Origin: an archaeon
GTDB taxonomy: Archaea; Asgardarchaeota; Thorarchaeia; Thorarchaeales; Thorarchaeaceae
DNA: 64,000 nt
NCBI GenBank assembly: GCA_024276825.1
Contig: JAJRWI010000079.1
Span: 32,001 to 96,000 of the forward strand
Reading direction: 5' to 3'
The notes under the pieces were generated by a model. It saw nothing but the letters and a program-made list of their open reading frames with translations, ran no database searches and had not been told where the DNA came from. Shown one piece after another: positions 59,175 through 64,000 of the stretch (positions within the stretch are counted from its first letter, which is position 1; each line of letters starts with the position of its first letter). A program made the position numbers and the translations under genes.

Positions 59175-60416
59175 GTGACGATGGGTATTACCAGACTCCT
59201 GTTGCACTCATCTATGCGAAATATTAGAGTCCAATCTGGGTTTCTTCTTATTGTTTTCGTATCAAGTCTTATGTTATCAACTATGGGACTGTTTTCTAAT
59301 TCCACTGTGTATGCAATGATCCAAGATATTGAAGATAGTGCGCTTGTAGATATCACCATTGATTACATTGGACATAATGGCGGTTATAGCAGTAAAACAA
59401 TGGACATGGCAACTGTTCAATTACTGCAGATAAGGAACATTAGGTGGGGTCAAATCCTTGGTCGCATAGATTGCTACTCAACAACTAACATATTGCCAGA
59501 AATTCATTTTAAGACGAGACTTGTTTACACAACCATTTCTTCACCCCTACATGACGATATCAAATTAGTCGAGGGAAGACTTCCTTTAGCAAGTAATGAA
59601 ACCTTGGTTGATGCGTCATCCATGCTTGGGAAGAATGTGAGTTTAAATGATAACATAACAATTGATCTCGCACCATTCACTGATGAATTATTGAATATTT
59701 CGATGACTGTTGTCGGAAAAGCAATCATTGGTGACAAAACAAACAGAATTGTCAATGGTACTTATTCACCAGTTGAAATTACCACTTCACAGGAGATATC
59801 TCAATACAATGGGGCTAGCTTGATCTTCTGCGATTGGAGTTTGACAATGGGCATGATTCTAGACAATCTAATGAGTAGACAAATCTATATCCCAGAGCCA
59901 GCTCAGGTATTCATTTTATTGGATAGGAGTAATCTTGCAACAACTCAAGTAGAACTGATGATTGAGCAACTCAAGAGCATTCGAAGAGAGGTGGCAGATA
60001 GCGCAATAAAGGTCTTGGGCGAAGGTTTTTCATGGCATCATGTTTGTCCAATTCTTCAAGAGGCACTAGAGAATAGAAAAGGGGAAATATTGGATGTTAG
60101 CAATTACATTGCCAACACAACTATTTCAATGGTAATTGCATCATTGGTGATGATAATCATTGCAGATCGAATTTGTAGAATCTCTGATGGGTGAGTATTG
60201 GCAGTTCATAAGACTCATAGTATTCATGAAATGGATGCCACAGCATTTGCTTCTTTTCTAAGAAAACGACTTGATGAGATAGATGGTGAAATTCAATCAC
60301 TCACTCAACGCATGAATAGAGGAAAACTCAATGTTGAGAGATATATTCAGCAATATAATAGATTGATAACTAAAAGAGATGTGCTGAGTGAAGAATTGCA
60401 GATTTTGGGAGAATAG
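59175..60416 (+). CDS. FtsX/MacB-like permease N-terminal half; in-frame TGA at 60192-60194, then a coiled-coil ORF
   Basis: N-terminal TM, LVEGRLP..NETLV...NDNITI...MTVVG MacB-periplasmic-like motifs. ORF 60198-60416 is in the same frame. Confidence 0.55.
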
Positions 60417-60436
60417 CCATAGGAGGTATTGATTCT

Positions 60437-63022
60437 TTGGGTTTCCTGCGTTCTTATTGGATTCTTAAAGAAACCATGAAAAATAGAAGGTTAGTAATGG
60501 CAATCTGCATTTTGCCTTTCATTATTACGTCCACCCTAATTACAACAAATGCGATAATTGAAAATAGTTGGAGCGGTTTTGTTCATGAACAAGTTCAAAA
60601 AGTGCCATTTGAGTTTTCAGCAAGACTTGCAAGCTTTAGGCACAATGATATCCCATCATCTCAACAAATCAATGAAATAAAAAAGGATATGGAGTCATAT
60701 GAAGAGATAGAAGGGGCGGAGATTATAGCTGCTGAGGTTTTCGATTATGGCAGTATAAAGCAGGTTTTCATTGGAATACAAGATAATTCAAGTCTATGGA
60801 ATTCCATTGATCCTATTGATTATTCAGAACATCCAAGAAACAATGAATGTATTGTTATTAATAAAGCATCAACCGCTCTGCATGTACCCAATGAAAGTAA
60901 GATGTTTCTGCCATTTCCATCCACATTGGATGGGGCAGATATTATCATAAAGGAATTGATTGTGAAAGGTCATGCCACAACCAAATTCGATAGTCAGTTA
61001 TTATTGATTCCGTTTGATCAAGTTGTGGATGATTATGTGATTTTCATATCAAGCTATGACACATTATGGAAAGAAGTAATGGATTATTACAATATTCACC
61101 AGATAAATGGGAATTATCCGTTTTACCTTGAGTTTGCAATATACATTAATGACACACTGATTAATAATGTAATAGAGGAAGGGACACTTAATGAGTACAC
61201 TCAATCTTGGGAGAACAAAATAAGCTTAACATGGACATTTGATGCAGTCTTTCCTATCATTACAAGTACTGTTGGAGATGTTCAAGATTCATTAGCAAAT
61301 CTCAGAATTTGGTCGATATCTCAAATGATTCCAATTCTGGGTATAATCCTGCTTCTTATAGACATCCAAAGAAATCAAATTAGTGCAGCAAGAGCGAGAT
61401 CAATTGCAATATTGAAGAGTAAAGGCATCAATGATAGAATTATTATTCAAAACCTCTTGGTTGAGGCTGTTCTTTTAGGTGCAATTTCAGGGATAATCGG
61501 GGGAATTGCAGGAAGTATTTTGATAAATCTACTAGTTAGTCGAAATGTTATTCCAATTGATCCTTGGACAGCACTGATATCGATTCTGATCGGAGTGTTA
61601 ATCACAATCATTATTGAGTTGACTCTTTTCACCAGTCAAAAGAGGAATTTTGGAGTCACTCTCGATGAGCATATTCAAACGAGGAGTGGAGATATCAAAG
61701 CAACTAATACAACCATACTCATTTTAATTGGCATTGGGTTAGTGAATATCTGTTTTTGGACATTTGGGATATTAGTAAGTGATATTATGTCAGAGGGAGT
61801 TTATCCAATTCATTTGAGCATATTGCTCTTTCTTCTAAATGGATTTGATAATCTTGCAGGCTTTGTAGGACCCACTTTACTATTGATTGGTCTTGGCTTA
61901 TTGTTCTCCAAATTCAATATTACAAGTGTTTTTCGAAAAGTAAAACAAAGGGATAGCCTGTTAATATACAACAAAAGAATTGCTCTTACAATATTCATCA
62001 TAGTTGGACTTGCTGTCTGGTCATCACTTGTGTTAGAGTCAGAAATCAGTCTAGCAGATTGGCAAGTACTAGAATCAGTTGGATCCGACATACGGTTTCA
62101 AATCAATTCGGACAATCTCACCGATGCTATGGATTCCATAATTGATATTGAACATGTTGAAGGGGTTACATTTGTCACCGAGTTCGAGTGTAATATATTT
62201 TCAGCACGTGTGCCAATGATGACAGTAGAACCAGAAAAATGGGCAAATATAGCATATTTTGAGTCAAGTTGGTTTTCAGCACCAATTAACTATTTGATGT
62301 CATTACTAAATGACAACAACTCCATTATCCTAGAAAAGAGCATTGCGAAAGAATGGAGCATCAGCCCTAATGACACAATTTCAGTCCTTTTCTCTGGGCA
62401 AATCATTTCATTGCGGGTTATTGGTTTGTTTGGTCCTAATCGCGATGCCATTGAAAACACTGAGGAGATTCATTCTATAGTAAGCATCGAAACCATGAAT
62501 CAGTATGATTACGACCCACCAATTGCAAAAGTATTAGTAAGGACGGACCAGAGAGATAGAATTAATGAGGTGCGAAATAAAATCATCAATCTTGGCTACA
62601 CAATTTGGGGAATGGAGGATAGCACGCAACCAGATTATTCTACTCTTAATGCTGTACGTATCGAATTGGCATTTTCTAATATGTGTGCAATATTGATTTT
62701 CTCAGCAATCACAATTATTGCAAACACTCAGATTTTCTATTATTCGATGAAACAAGACATAGCAACCATGAAGATTAGAGGAATCCCCAAACAGGAGAGA
62801 GAGCATGTTGTTATGAGTCCAATGAATTATGGTTTTCAAATCATACCACTTGCAATTGCATCAGGAGCCATTTCCTTTTTGTCGAGTATATTGTGGTTTG
62901 ACAGAAATAACTCATTACTCTTTATGCCGAAGTTCAATAATCCATTAATTATCGCTATATTTCTAATAATAATTATTTCCATTCTATGGATAATTAGAAA
63001 AGTCTTTTCGTTGAGCACCTGA
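60437..63022 (+). CDS. FtsX-like (ABC3/MacB-type) permease
   Basis: Two FtsX cores (RSIAILKSKG...LLVEAVLLGAISGIIG; DIATMKIRG) and VGSDIR. No cognate ATPase in the window. Confidence 0.85.
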   Translation: MGFLRSYWILKETMKNRRLVMAICILPFIITSTLITTNAIIENSWSGFVHEQVQKVPFEFSARLASFRHNDIPSSQQINEIKKDMESYEEIEGAEIIAAEVFDYGSIKQVFIGIQDNSSLWNSIDPIDYSEHPRNNECIVINKASTALHVPNESKMFLPFPSTLDGADIIIKELIVKGHATTKFDSQLLLIPFDQVVDDYVIFISSYDTLWKEVMDYYNIHQINGNYPFYLEFAIYINDTLINNVIEEGTLNEYTQSWENKISLTWTFDAVFPIITSTVGDVQDSLANLRIWSISQMIPILGIILLLIDIQRNQISAARARSIAILKSKGINDRIIIQNLLVEAVLLGAISGIIGGIAGSILINLLVSRNVIPIDPWTALISILIGVLITIIIELTLFTSQKRNFGVTLDEHIQTRSGDIKATNTTILILIGIGLVNICFWTFGILVSDIMSEGVYPIHLSILLFLLNGFDNLAGFVGPTLLLIGLGLLFSKFNITSVFRKVKQRDSLLIYNKRIALTIFIIVGLAVWSSLVLESEISLADWQVLESVGSDIRFQINSDNLTDAMDSIIDIEHVEGVTFVTEFECNIFSARVPMMTVEPEKWANIAYFESSWFSAPINYLMSLLNDNNSIILEKSIAKEWSISPNDTISVLFSGQIISLRVIGLFGPNRDAIENTEEIHSIVSIETMNQYDYDPPIAKVLVRTDQRDRINEVRNKIINLGYTIWGMEDSTQPDYSTLNAVRIELAFSNMCAILIFSAITIIANTQIFYYSMKQDIATMKIRGIPKQEREHVVMSPMNYGFQIIPLAIASGAISFLSSILWFDRNNSLLFMPKFNNPLIIAIFLIIIISILWIIRKVFSLST

Positions 63023-63049
63023 TTCATATTGTATAGGGCATTTGGGTGA

Positions 63050-63340
63050 AGCCATGATATAGTCCTGTTTCATGCTGAGAATCTAGAACAGCTAAATGTT
63101 AACTCCCGTGGAGTTAATGAGTTAATTTTGAATGAATTGGGGGATGTTCGTCTTTGCGTTGAAGATGTGGATGATTGACATGTATTGCTGAAATCCAAGA
63201 TTCACGGCATTGCGGTGCGTGTCTGAACTATCAATGATAGGGAAGCTATGGAGAAACCGATAGATCTGGGAGTCGATGGAGTATTTACTGATAGACCTCA
63301 ACTATGGAGAGATGTTCTCGTTGGGAGGAGAATGCTGTAA
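63050..63340 (+). pseudogene. Glycerophosphodiester phosphodiesterase remnant
   Basis: One frame reads HDIVLFHAENL...VNEL.LNEL...*...GIAVRV*TIND...LGVDGVFTDRP: the GDPD C-terminal motif with Trp replaced by TGA and the middle deleted. Confidence 0.75.
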
Positions 63341-63859
63341 GAGCCGAGTGAAAATGATGAATTTGCCGGTCTTTCAACTCAACCACAATTACCTTAATAT
63401 GTTGTGAGAACAACATAGAATTCATCCCTTACATATCTTGCAAGGGAATAAATGTCCAACGATGAGGAAAAATAGATGACTTGTCCGGAATATAATACAG
63501 AGGAGAACAAATGTGGAGTTGATGGCTTCAAGTTCTATGAAGGAATGAACAAGCCCTGCGACACTCCTGGGATAACCAAGGAGAAATGTCCGCGATTCGC
63601 CATGCAGTAGAAAAAAGTTGATCCCCTTGTTCCATAATCTATGGGCTGAAGCAATGTTGGAATAATGGACATTGCTCGGCCCATAAATTGCAATTTTTTG
63701 GGAGTACCATATTGAATACAGAGCTTTATTATTCCAAATAGTTACGTTCAGCACTGAAGTTTACTAAAGTTTGCTATTAATCCCGGTATATTACTCAGTG
63801 TCGCGAAGAGTTTATCAATGACACAGTAAGAGGGCTAAAGCGCAATGGTGGTTTGAATC

Positions 63860-64000
63860 ATGGTAAAGGCCTACGTACTAATCAAGACCCAATGTGGTCT
63901 GGTCGATGAAGTCCTCAAAGAGATCCTTGAGATGACGATTGTGGAAGAAGCACACAAAGTGTTCGGTGCATTTGATATAGTTGCGGAGGTGCGCGCAAGA
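63860..64000 (+). CDS. Lrp/AsnC ligand-binding (RAM) domain protein, partial
   Basis: MVKAYVLIKTQCG..DEV...I...VEEAHKVFGAFDIVAEV. Confidence 0.85.
   Translation, partial: MVKAYVLIKTQCGLVDEVLKEILEMTIVEEAHKVFGAFDIVAEVRAR

Noticed and set aside
59073-63226. Selenocysteine recoding of the in-frame TGAs
   Set aside because: None lies in a Cys/redox motif, one replaces a conserved Trp, and no SECIS was recognised.
63422-63754. 110-aa minus-strand ORF
   Set aside because: No recognisable family or start signals; probably decayed sequence.

Overview
Archaeal chromosomal window, most likely from an Asgard archaeon (Thorarchaeia-like). The inference rests on a single-domain gelsolin, a Rab-like GTPase, a longin/roadblock-like protein, archaeal POR/IOR, a geranylgeranyl reductase, TrmB/Lrp regulators and GGTGA/GGAG Shine-Dalgarno motifs. 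The lead candidate for an undescribed system is an AT-rich, tightly coupled operon at about 1.3-6.9 kb. It encodes a hydrophobic precursor peptide with a subgroup-II-like Asn|Ile cleavage site, a SpoIIM/DUF95 protein, a Yip1 protein, a large membrane protein, two ABC ATPases and an ABC-2 permease. This is the gene inventory of a head-to-tail cyclised (circular) bacteriocin cluster, here in an archaeon. Other notable items: a beta-propeller + Ig-like + Rab-like GTPase fusion; an ACP/AcpS/FkbH glyceryl-transfer locus with an apparently circularly permuted deacetylase; an isobutyryl-CoA-mutase-type B12 enzyme; a three-copy structured intergenic repeat; a tandem palindrome array upstream of an archaeal ATPase-nuclease; and several genes broken by single frameshifts or in-frame stops. 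No rRNA, tRNA, CRISPR array or transposase was recognised. All family calls come from reading motifs by eye, not from database searches.
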